Assembly (NCBI GenBank): GCA_002633005.1
Contig: NMRA01000214.1
Coordinates: 165,316-229,315 of the forward strand
Direction: 5' to 3'
Length of the DNA stretch: 64,000 nucleotides
Source of the DNA: Phoronis australis
Taxonomy: Eukaryota > Animalia > Phoronida
Part shown: piece after piece, positions 1-11,145 of the stretch
How positions within the stretch are numbered: position 1 is the first letter of the stretch
How the letters are laid out: each line of letters begins with the position of its first letter
Notes under the pieces: generated by a model
What the model saw: the letters and a program-made list of their open reading frames with translations, nothing else
The model's database searches: none
Told to the model about the DNA's origin: nothing
Position numbers and translations under genes: made by a program

Positions 1-1006
1 CTTGACTTCTGTGCATCACGTACCATACACCTCTTATTTTTGGGAGCACTCCCACCCAGGACAATATGAATGATATGTGCTGCTAGCCTACCCGGCATCG
101 GGTGAGTTTCCAAAAAGAAACACTTAGTTCCACTCAATAAAACTGTTATTCAGTGGGGTAACTGGTGGGGATAAAATCACCGAATGATGTTGATACAAAC
201 TGATTGCTAAAAACTTACCAAGTAATGTTGTGTAGTCTCCGAATGGAACTGCATAGTCATAGCACACACGGGGCTTCAGCATCCACACACTTTTTGTCAG
301 TTAGTTGACCCTGTTGACCGCAATTGTCCACGAATATAGTAACCTTAGGTCTTTTGGGAATTTGAGGCCACCTGTCGAAGACTTGCACCAGGGAAATTAG
401 CAGTAATAAGGCTTAGCGCGACGACGTATTTTGATAAAAATTCCATCTTTTACCATTTGTTTACATGCAGACAGCCACGCATGCGCAATTCAATCACCAC
501 TAGTACAGCAGCGATACCGCGAGGAGAATTCTCCGAATAGCCCCATTTTCGTAGTTTTGCTACGCTGTTTGGATTTAGTTAACTAGATTTGATTAATTTG
601 AAAAAATGTGTATCTGAAATCATCAGTATGAATCATTTACTGTAAAAATTCTTTTGGCACAACATAGTGGACATAAGGAATTAAACCCTATTATGAGCGC
701 TTCACTAATTCTTTTTCTTCTGAGCACCCCCAGAGTCTGAGTTAACTTGTGAGTTTGATTGTAGACAGACTAACGAAGAAATTTTGTTGATAAGTAAGTG
801 TTTACTTGTCACCAAAACCTATACATCTTACAATTCTATAAACAAGAAGCATCCAGAGTTCTTAGAAATATATATAGGAAGTAAGAAGTGTTTGGTAGTC
901 CATGCCTTCTTCCGTCGCAGGACTCAGCTATAAGTTTTCCTCATTTACCGTTTAAATTCCGATTGAAACTAGCTGACAACACCTGCGCATGTCAATCTCC
1001 AGAATG

Positions 1007-2040
1007 GCTCCATTCAGTGTCTTCTATACGTTACTTGAGGAGTATGAGCCTTTTCAAAATCTCCACACTTCAGCAGCCAAAAATTGTCCAAAATCGCTGT
1101 GAATACTCCAAAATATTTGACCTCAGTACAGAAACGGGTGCATGACCTGCATTATTAGTTTGTGTATACAATGCTTATACTAAGTGACAGCAGATATGGG
1201 AGCATTCAGATAATGTGTGAATACCCACTGTAGGGCCAACATTAAAGAAGATCTCAAACAAGTCTTACAAGTGCAAGATTAACTATTTTATTCAAAGTCA
1301 GTTTGGCCCAAACATCAGAATGTCACAAATTACAATGACTAGTCCAAACTCAATAACACATGTTTATGTGATCAGGGTTGCTGTTCATGAACTTGTTAAT
1401 GTATGAAGTGTCCAGGAAATGCAATATATGCAAAACTCCTATTACTCCCAAATTTCAGAATAAGTAGGATTAATTCAGTTTAGACTTCCGCGTCCAAGGT
1501 TTTACAAATTGTCCCAAATTAGATATTTTTTATCAATACCTAGATGATTTAGCAAGTAATCTTTCTCTGTGACGTTCTGAGCCATTGATTTGTAAAGTTG
1601 ATTTGGCTTATTCACATTTTTCAATGTTATGGATTGCAGCAAAACATGACAGAGCTACCTGCTGAAGGCCCAAGTGGTGTGAATGAACAGGGCAGCAAGA
1701 ACATCACTAATGTAAGTAGATCCCCTAGTCTGAGTGTTGCTATGTTATTAAGATTATGCTTAACATTAGAAATATAAATAATTTCTTAGCTCCATTCAGT
1801 GTCTTCTAAACACTACTTGAGGAGGATGAACCATCTCAAAATCTCCACACTTCAGCAGCCAAAAATTGTCCAAAATCGCTGTGGATACTTCAAAACATTT
1901 GACCCCAGTACAGAAACAATTGCATGACCTGCATCATCAGTTTGCGTATACAATACTTATACTAAGTGACAGATACTGGAGTATTCAGATAATGTGTGAA
2001 TCCCATTGTAGGACTAATGTTTAAAAAGATATCAAGCAAT
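1007..2040 (+). repeat. Pair of diverged direct repeats of about 255 bp (1007-1262 and 1789-2040) flanking exon 1640-1711
   Basis: Both copies begin gctccattcagtgtcttcta and share caaaatctccacacttcagcagccaaaaattgtccaaaatcgctgtg. Confidence 0.9.
1646..1711 (+). CDS. Unrecognised small protein, coding exon 1 (MTELPAEGPSGVNEQGSKNITN)
   Basis: Acceptor ttgcag|c at 1639/1640, ATG at 1646, donor aat|gtaagt at 1711/1712; phase 0. Confidence 0.6.
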
Positions 2041-2060
2041 AACTCGCAAGAAATTTTTTA

Positions 2061-2944
2061 GGATAGTTCTGAAACCCCTTCGATCCCCTCGAACTCCATA
2101 CCCCTTGACCCATGAACCCCTTGACCCACAAGCCCTCAACCCCACGACCCACAAGCCATCGACCCCACAACCCAAACTCTCTTGACCCAGTCCAAACAAG
2201 CTAAACTCGATCTGAGCATTGAACAAGTACGGACTTCCAGAACCAATGAGTTGTGCTGTGAGCTCAGCTGGCTTTTCCCTGCAATTAAGAGAGTCTGAAA
2301 GTTTGAAAGCCAAAAGCAGACAAAAGACAACACGACCAAATCAAATCAAAGACCTACCAATGTTACAAATGTCATTCCCGGCAGAGCATCATCGTCTCGT
2401 CTGCTCTTCAGTGAATGGCAGATTCAATCTATTCCATAGAGACTGTGAGGAACTAACAAAACTGTAATTTCATCAGTAAATAATTATGCAGTTTCAAAAA
2501 ACAAACTGTTTACTAAAAAGTGTTTCAACTTGATATGGAGTATATTGTAAACGAGTATTCAACAGAAAGCAAATAATAGAAATGTGAAATTAATATGTGC
2601 ATTCACAGTATCGTACTCTCTCCCTAAGTTTAGTAGAACTGGGCCATTGGTAGCCGCTTATGGAACTATTTCTGTAACAGCGATAACACGCTCACAATGC
2701 ACTATTTCAGATCATGTTCTCATGCCACTTTCTGTTTTTTATCACCAGACTTGAGCCAGAGGAGACTTGCATTTAGATATGTCTTATGGAAAGACACTCA
2801 GTGACGTAATAATATTATGAAATATGTAAAAATCGCGAAAACACCTCTGTTGCCACAGGTTGTGGGTCAAGAGGGTCGTGGGGCTGTGGGTTGAGTGGGT
2901 CATGAGTAGAGGGGTGTGGGGTGGAAGGGGTTTTAGAACTATCC
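2061..2944. mobile_element. Non-autonomous DNA transposon (MITE), Mutator-like by its 9-bp TSD
   Basis: TIRs GGATAGTTCTRAAACCCCTTC at both ends with C-rich subterminal repeats; 9-bp target duplication AATTTTTTA at 2052-2060 and 2945-2953. Confidence 0.85.
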
Positions 2945-3187
2945 AATTTTTTACTTTCGTTGTCAACATGGTCAGCTTTCAGTAAAATTTTCATGAAATT
3001 GTTAACTGTTGAAAAATAGAAAAACGGTGATTTTGGCAGTCATTTTTGGCCCAGACTGGAGATTTTTTTACCATTATATGTTAGTTTTGTGCATGAGGAA
3101 ATTTGGTGAGCATTTAAAACAACATGTCACTTAATGCAGTTATGCGAGCACTTGCCATTAATACTGAACGGAATGTTTCTATTTTAG

Positions 3188-3232
3188 GAGAGTGAATGCC
3201 AGTTTTCGCAGCCACCTCCCAAAAGACAAAAG
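3188..3232 (+). CDS. Unrecognised small protein, coding exon 2 (ESECQFSQPPPKRQK; NLS-like PPPKRQK)
   Basis: ttttag|GAG acceptor and AAG|gtaaga donor; 45 nt, phase 0-0, open frame. Confidence 0.65.
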
Positions 3233-3456
3233 GTAAGAACAACTAACAAAAATCATGAAAAACAGCCAATAGTTTTGAATTTATATAATTATGACTTTTA
3301 AGAGAGAGAACATTCTTTTTTACATTGCCTTTACAAAAGCGCTAATAAGTTAATTTCTGTTTTCTGGGCTTTTGTGCCAAGCTTGCAGTTTACAATTTAA
3401 GAGTTTGGTACAAGATAAGAAGTATAATTATGAGGTGATGTTTTTCTACTTTAAAG

Positions 3457-3498
3457 CTTTTGATCAAGACCACTCCCAAGGAAAAGATATTCCATGAG
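3457..3498 (+). CDS. Unrecognised small protein, coding exon 3 (LLIKTTPKEKIFHE)
   Basis: Pyrimidine tract plus aaag|CTT acceptor, GAG|gtttgt donor; 42 nt, phase 0-0. Confidence 0.55.
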
Positions 3499-3733
3499 GT
3501 TTGTGTTGCAATTTCATAATGCTTTATATAATGCTCCGTGCACAAAAATTAGTTGGGACAAGCATACTTGTTGAGTTTGGTGTTGAGACAAGCAAACTTG
3601 CTGAGTTTGGTCTAAAGCATTGGTGAACAGCCAGTTCTTTTAAAGCCCAAACATTTGTAATGAGTTAGATGAGCAACAAAAAATATTTTTTGTGCAAACA
3701 AAATTATATATTGATTGATAAATATTATTGCAG

Positions 3734-4009
3734 ACACATAACATTGGAGCCGTGGAATGGAATAGGGGTGCAGTCTATCTGGGACAGTGGGTGGGCCCTG
3801 ATACTCTCAGACATTGTAAACGATATATTCAGGAGTCAGGCAAGTTTACAATGTCTAAGAAAGATGAGTCTACCCGACTCGGAAAGGGGAGACTGCACAC
3901 TCATGCTGTAGACCCAGGATACGTCATCGCTCACTTTATTGGTAGAGTGACTTATGACAAGATGCGCCTGCCTCAAGACCTCCAAGAGGCAGTTGCAATT
4001 TATGTGTGA
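3734..4009 (+). CDS. Unrecognised small protein, terminal coding exon (THNIGAVEWNRGAVYLGQWVGP...AVAIYV*)
   Basis: ttgcag|ACA acceptor in the frame of ORF 3728-4009; higher GC than flanks; joins upstream exons in phase 0 to give about 142 aa. Confidence 0.65.
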   Translation, partial: THNIGAVEWNRGAVYLGQWVGPDTLRHCKRYIQESGKFTMSKKDESTRLGKGRLHTHAVDPGYVIAHFIGRVTYDKMRLPQDLQEAVAIYV

Positions 4010-4676
4010 GTGAAGCAAACAATGTTTCATTTATTAGATCCATTTGGTACTTTCTAATTTGTTTTTCCACATCTGCCGTTTACTTGTTCAGTCATAAAGT
4101 AACAGGCACCATCACAGGATTTGTTAGTTTTTGTACGTGATGTTTTTGAGAAATAGATCAGGTCAAATTAATGAAATTGAATTCCCTTTAAAGAACAGAT
4201 CATGGTCAGTGCCCTTATTGCACATCAGTGTATTCTAAAGAGACTTCAGTTCAAGGGTTCTGTTGTCCATAGGTTGAACAATGAAACCCGTTGTCTCCAT
4301 AGTACAAAAGTTGTATACTCTGAATATCCAGGCAATTTTGACCAAATTTATTTTTGTTGCAGATATCACCACTCTATGTCAATGTTTAATTATTGTTGTC
4401 TTTTCAAAACTTGTAGACAGGAAAAATGCAAATAACCAATTAATTTCTGTAAAATTTAGAAAAATGCATTTTTAGAATCACAAGTTGAATGTATACTATT
4501 CATATTTGCAATTCACATTTATTTATTGTTTATTTTCAGAAAAAAGAGGTACCAAGACTGAATTTTCTTCAATATTGTCTTCATTAGTATCATTTTCTGT
4601 CTTAGTATTTATCAACAATAAATGTATGACCTTGTATGTAATCTACACTTTTTTGTTGTACTGCTAACTAGCTTAA

Positions 4677-6700
4677 GGAGTGCTTCGCAGGTAGTACATA
4701 TTTATAGACTGAGCCTCATACAGAGCATTCTAGGAATGTGATTGGCAGCTGTCTATCAAAGGTGTCCCATCCTTGTTACATTAATCCCAAAAAGCAAAAT
4801 ACATTAGAACGATCCTCTTGGAAGTTTTCAACATTCGTTCATATGCTCTGCCTAGGTTATTATCGTATACATTTTTTGGACTTTGAAACCTAACATTGTA
4901 TAATGTTAAAGGTTATCTCAAACCTTATTTAGTGGCCTCGATTCTAAATTGTACACCAAAAAACTAGGGTTTATCAACTACCGAAAGCATACATTTTCTG
5001 AAAGAAAAAGGTCAGGGAATATAAAAATTTCATACTTATATAACATTATAATTATTATTATTATTACCTGTTAAAGTTTAAATTTCATTTTGAGAAAGGT
5101 ACATTCTTAGCAAAATAACCCCTCAGTCAATTTTAATGAAACCTTTTTTAAATGAAAACTTTGCCACTTACCTCAAAAACACTTAGAAATTTTCTATCAG
5201 TACTTGTTTGGTTCTTATGGAAAATCAACTTCGAAAACGTAAAAAATATGAGTCGTGTTCGTTTGTTACATTACGCAACAACTAGGCCTCTATATCAGAA
5301 ATCCTAACAGCGTATTTGAGATTAAAGAGTAAGTAAAATGTTTGGAAGGTTTCAGTAAAATTCACCTACCTGTTTTCGAGAACTGTTACTAAGTGCAAAT
5401 TAAGTCAATTTGCAGAAGATGAGAAAAAATCAATAAGTTGTGAGAGGTATAAGTCCTCGAGGTATTTTGAATTATTTGGTGAAAACTTGTTTGCAGTCAA
5501 AATACCCTGTACAGCCTTAAGCTGCGTTCATATTTCAACATTCACGCACAATCTCGCCTGAATTTGCAGTGCGTAATTAACTTACTTATCACAAAGAAAT
5601 TCAGCCAAGTCGATTTCCAATTTTCGGAATGTGAAAATATATTTCTAAAGCAGATGATTGTCTTGAATAGAATATGCCATCAGCATGCATTCCCTTGTGA
5701 CTTATAATTAAATAATTAAGTTGATTGTAACAAAGTTTGTTTGCAGTGGCAAAAGATACAGGTTCTTTGCCAAAATACTTTCACTGCTACTTTTTATACT
5801 TTTGTAATTATCACCATGCATAATTAAATTTTTATGTGTTATGACATTGAAGAATAAAATTAAATTCATAGATTCATTTATCCCTAAAAATTACACAATG
5901 TATTAGTTGTATTCTGTCCGTTATATATGCTTTCATCTATTTCATTCTTATGCTATATTCAGTAGGGAAACACTCCTAATGAAACACACAGTCAATATCA
6001 GTATAATTATGGAAGATGTTCCAGACAATTATGCAAAATCTTCATTAAATTAAGAGCAGATCAGCAAAAACACTGAAAAAGTGTGAAGTTACAAGATCTC
6101 CAGTCATCTACTAAGTTCATCTAAGAGTTCCATGGCATAATATCCAGAAAAAGTCACATGGAACATTTTTGAATTAAAAGGTGAATGTAACTGATACAAT
6201 GTGCCCCCTCACATGGCACAATTTATCAATTACACACTGCTTTATACATTTTGATGTTGCTTTCACATGGATGGCAACCGTCCTAATGGTGTACGTCATC
6301 AGTCAATAAGCATGCACTGATCATTAAGGCACTCGATACAGGTTTCCGCAATTAATAAAAATCATCAAAACTGGGATCAATGTCTTAAATGTATCATTCA
6401 TGGCAAGTAAACGGATGATCTCGGAGGCGTTAAATGGTCTCTAATGTTCTAAAGTAAAAAATGCCATGGAATTTTTTCAAAAGTTTCATAAGTTATTAAA
6501 TTCGTCATATATGACTTTTTATAATTCAAAATATTTGAAAATGACTAGAGTAATTCTCGCAGTGTGTTATCCGAGGTTGTGTTTCTCACTAAAATTGCAC
6601 ACTATTCCAATTGCACTCGCCTGTTATTTCACAATACTGCCTGAAGCAGTTTAGAATATAGTTTGTATTTTTTGATGTCACCAATTTTGTGGAAGTTCCC
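4677..6700. mobile_element. Possible TTAA-bounded non-autonomous DNA transposon (Kolobok-like) or a cluster of such remnants
   Basis: TTAA|GGAGTGCTTCGC ... GTGGAAGTTCCC|TTAA; weak TIR similarity and other TTAA-GG ends inside. Confidence 0.3.
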
Positions 6701-8121
6701 TTAAAATAAATATTTTTGCTCAAAGTAATTAATCAACCATCATTACGATAGTTGAGTAAAAAATTTCTGACATGATTGTGGTTGATGCTTTGGTTATCAG
6801 TGACTAAAGGGTTCTAATTTAAAACATCTATTGATACTTAGTAATCACATTTAAGTGTTTAAAACATATCAATAGCTTCGTGAAACAATAAATTTCTATT
6901 AACAACTGTCGCTAACTTTCAACATTTCTTTTGAAATTTATTATTTATGAAAAGATCATGTCACAGAGGCAGTGTCTATGCCATGTACCATTTGCATTGT
7001 AACATGCCACAACTGAAAAAATCTCACATGGAACATTCAAATGTCACGTGAGAATGCAGTGTTCCATGTGACAAATGCCATTTGTCACATGGAACGTGAG
7101 GTTTTGAAAGCTAACTACAGCTAATTAAAAATCATTTTGGCAAAATAAACATTGAAATGAAATCACTAATAAAAAAGCTATCGCACCCTCTTTCAATTGG
7201 ATTGGAGAGTTCGTGAAAATCTCGTATTATTTTGGGTGAGAATTTATCTCTCTTCACAGCTCCTGTGTTCATGACCTCAACTTGAAAGGCGTGAGGCGAC
7301 TCGTGGCGTTCTTTCTCAACGTTCGTATTCATGATCAGGATCAAAACTTCGTTTTGTCTTCGTTTTCCGCTACACCATCATCTATTTATATGTACACCAC
7401 GTTGACTCACTATTATGGCGACACGGTGAATGACAATAGTAAGGGTATACAAGAAGCTGCTCTGTACTGATCTGGCGGGAGTTTCGATTTGAGCGACAAC
7501 ACTGCAATCTTTGACCTCGGATAATTAGTAGTAAACAAATATCCATGTGCTTGCGTGGGTCCAAGGTGGTTCCCTAAATCTGTGGGGGTTTTTTCTCGCT
7601 ACACGGTATGTATTTTGTATTTGAACTTCCCCGAGAAAGAAAATAAGGTATTTTGATTAAAATATTTTAAAAATAGCCAATTTTTTGGGAATAAGGTTTG
7701 AGATAACTTTAAAATGCTTTTTATGCACCCACTCTGTCGCACATTGTCATCACTTGTCCGGGCATCCCGACTGTGTCTACTCGGCGATATCTCAAAAACA
7801 CATGGTCAGATTTTGTTGAACTTTGGGACAAGGGTTTATCACTAGAGTGGTTTGTGCCTCCTTCCAACCAAATGGGGATTACTTTTTAGCATATTTAAGG
7901 GAAGATCGTTTCCAGATGATATCCAGAGTCTAGAGAACGAATTTTAACAAAACTGGCTTTACGGAGAAGTAGGTGATTTCAATGTGCCACCATCATTAAA
8001 TTTCCGGGTGGGTTGGACTACTGCAGCACTTTCTACACTTTCTATTTTGTTACCATTTGTGGGAAGAGTGGTTCCGGATAACATCGAGAACCGATTGATG
8101 GATTTCAATGACACAGCAGTA

Positions 8122-8480
8122 CAGTATTCGCTCTAATAAGCGCCCATGCCCCTATAAGCGCCCCCCAGCGTTTTCAGACTGTGCTAAAATAAGCGCCCAG
8201 TCCATGAACGCAGTGTACATGCGAAAAATGCCTAACCTAGTTCTAAAATTCTACAGTAACGTCTTCGATTAATCAATAAGATCAAACAGTCCTGAAAAAA
8301 TCATTGTGCTTGCAATTTGTAGACTGCGAGCCTCGCCGCTATGTCGGTATTTAGCCGTGGCTTTACACTTCAAACTTCCGCTGTGCTTTAAAAAGAACGC
8401 AAAAGTTTCGCTGACCTTGCGAGGGACGTGTTTTATTATGGTCTGGCCTTTCAGAACAAACGCAGCGTCGAAGGGATTGT
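8122..8480. mobile_element. Truncated copy of the pogo/Tigger-like non-autonomous element at 27137-28648
   Basis: TA|CAGTATTCGCTCTAATAAGCGCCC terminus; 8122-8425 is a diverged reverse complement of about 28340-28648. Confidence 0.75.
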
Positions 8481-8530
8481 ATTGTATCTTTCCCGAACAG
8501 ATCTCTCTTAACAGGAATCCAAATTTCTTC

Positions 8531-8784
8531 GGGTTGACTTGCAGGCCGGGTTACTGGTACTCCATAGTCTTCTCGTGGAGGGGTGGTAGGCATGGGCACA
8601 AAACCGTGTGTGTCAAGGGTCGGGGTCCGCCAGCAAAATAGAAAATCACAGAAAAGGCACAACAAAAACTAAGCTTCCCCAAGAGTTTAGGCCCACTGAA
8701 GAGTTTGGGCCACGGGGTTGTGTCCCCTGCCCCCACCCCTCCACGAGAAGACTATGGAGTACCTGTAACCGTGAAAGTCAACCC
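8531..8784. mobile_element. Fold-back MITE with long inverted arms
   Basis: ggttactggtactccatagtcttctcgtggaggggtgg pairs with ccacccctccacgagaagactatggagtacctgtaacc; outer gggttgactt/aagtcaaccc. Confidence 0.8.
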
Positions 8785-10165
8785 ATCCTGAGATAAATCA
8801 TTGTCAAATGTTTTATTGGTACTTTGCCGAAAATAAAATCCAAGGACACAAGATTCTCCTTAAGCGAAGACCTAACTGCATAGAACAACTTGCTACTGAA
8901 AGTGGAGAAAAAAACCAACGTCAATGAAATTCGCATGGTCAAAACGTGGACATTTTTTTTTCGTTTACGACAGACAATACAGTAAAGCTTAATACAAGCG
9001 TACGTATTAAGTGATCTGCCGTGGTGATACAAGTAGTCGGTCTGCGTGACACTGGCATAAAAGTTATTTGGACCTCCTTTTCGAGAAAAAAGTTAGCCGG
9101 AGATAACGCCTTGAAAAAATTATCGTGTTTTTTATATCCTTTCCACACGAGGTTTTCGTCCCAGAGCAGATGCGTAAATTGTATTAAACCTCTGGGCAGA
9201 AAGGGCTTATCATCAGTCACCGAGAGATAATATTTTTTTCTCTGAAAGAATTAAGATAAAGTATGAAACATTATTAGATTGTACAGGACAGGACCAAAAA
9301 CAAAGATGCAAAACCTATGTTCAACTCATATCATTAGCGGAATTAAACACTTTTTAAACTCATGCATAAATAACAATGGGGATATTTCGTACCATTCCAG
9401 GACCGACTCAGTCATGCCGGTGTCAGCAAAAATTTAACAATGCATCCTAAAGAGTGATTTTGAAGAACATTCTTTTAGCTAAAGCTACCCATCTAAGGTG
9501 TCAAATTCATACCCAAAACGCGTGTGTCTGTAACTAACGTGTTCAGTTTAAATTATTTCTCATGAAATTTTACTAGTTGAAAGACACAACGCCTGGCAAC
9601 ATCCGCGTGCCCTATGGCGGCCGGGGGGAAAGCAAAGTATTGGCGGTAGGGCGAATATGAAATTTTGGAGAAGTTAACTTAAAAACTTTGAAAAGTCTAA
9701 AAAATGAAACTACACGTCATTTTGGAGTTGACTGAAACAGTAACTATTTGATGAAGCAATCAATACGTTGTTTTCTAATTAATCACCTCGCTTTTTGCGG
9801 AACCCCATTGCACAGGCCGGCAGGTTCATCCGTTCAGGTAATCACTAAAACTGTACTCAGTTGAACTAGTGTACAAAAGAATATGTTAGAATGCGAGTGT
9901 GCGCCTGCCACAATGTGATCTTTGCATCTATTAGGTCGGTCCATAGCACGGTCATAATTTGCTAAGTAAAATCAGTCCTATAATTATTAGTCACTAGTTT
10001 TCAATTTTATTTTATTTCACAGGGCCCGTTCCGGCCCAATGATGTCATACCGTCTCTGACGTGGTTCTGGGGCAATCCTCGACAAGATCGGCCTTGTGTG
10101 ATAACATGATTCTCTTGTAATAACTGGCAATGCCACGAGAAGTAATCGCCTTTAACTAGGGGAAG

Positions 10166-10395
10166 CATGCGCGCAACCATGGGGGTTCATTAGTGAAGTG
10201 GGCAAAAAGGTCCGCCTCACAGAAACAACAATGGGACATAAGTCCAATAAAAAGACAAGAACTACCAAAATTCGGCGAATGCACACTTTTCATAGTTGTG
10301 AAAGTACTCTGTGAATCGTCTTTTTTAGCAAAATGTGCACTCTAAAAAATTCGAGCCCCCCAATTTTTAGGCTTGGTCCGCGGGGTGCGCGCATG
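10166..10395. mobile_element. MITE with CATGCGCGCA termini
   Basis: TIR CATGCGCGCA...TGCGCGCATG with 5-bp direct flanks GGAAG; related copy at about 55666-55995. Confidence 0.65.
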
Positions 10396-10613
10396 GGAAG
10401 GCGGCCGTTTTTAGTTTCATTTTTGGTTAAATTATGGTTTACTAAATCATATATGAATCAGTCTGGGCAACGAATAACCTCAAGTCTTCGGCACCACTCG
10501 AACAAAGATACTGCATCCGATTGACTCGAGAGCCCGATGCCTAGCCTGGCGTAGGCCTGACAATTCCGTTGTCTGTGCTGCCCCCTCTCAGCGTAGCTGG
10601 CAAAGCCTCTCTT

Positions 10614-10625
10614 CGGAAGTGACGT
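10614..10625 (+). promoter_or_regulatory. ETS-CRE composite motif CGGAAGTGACGT in the putative proximal promoter of the THAP-ZF gene
   Basis: Exact CGGAAGTGACG about 105 bp upstream of the ATG in a CpG-richer stretch. Confidence 0.5.
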
Positions 10626-10727
10626 AGCCGGGCCTTTTCATGTAATTCTGTTTGCTTGCCAGGCGCCATTTACATCTATTTAGAACCAGTTAGACCGGTA
10701 TTTACATTTCTGTGAGTTTTATTCACC

Positions 10728-11145
10728 ATGCCTGGAAGTTGTTGTGTACCGGGATGCAAAGATCATGAGCTGGCAAAGAGTATAGGAATCCCGTTTCACA
10801 GATTTCCAGTGAATGACAAGATCCGCCGGGGTTGGCTTGTTCGTGTCAAGAATCCAGGTTTGTCCGTCGACGCCACGACTAAAGCTCTGCAAAGCTATCG
10901 TGTATGCGGCAAACATTTCTTACCATCGGATTACGAAAGGGACATGTATGCAGAGATCATGAAGGTACCTGCTAGACATCTTCTGAGGAAGGATGCCATG
11001 CCATCTGTATTTCCCTTTTTTGCTTCGTCGCCAACTACTAGTACTACGAAAGCTCAAGGGACTGAAGGCCACGAAGTTGATGTAAACCGTTCATATGAGC
11101 AGTCATCACAGTGTCCAGTGCCAGCAACCAGTGCAGCTTCACCTT
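10728..11145 (+). CDS. THAP-domain/C2H2 zinc-finger protein, exon 1 (THAP domain)
   Basis: MPGSCCVPGC...FHRFP...W...RVCGKHF...LLRKDAMPSVF matches the THAP C2CH signature and AVPTIF-like box; donor CCT T|gtaagt, phase 1. Confidence 0.9.

Noticed and set aside
9170-9225. CTGATGA on the minus strand as a hammerhead
   Set aside because: No GAAA box or stems I/III follow; the same holds for CTGATGA near 16637, 19810 and 37089.
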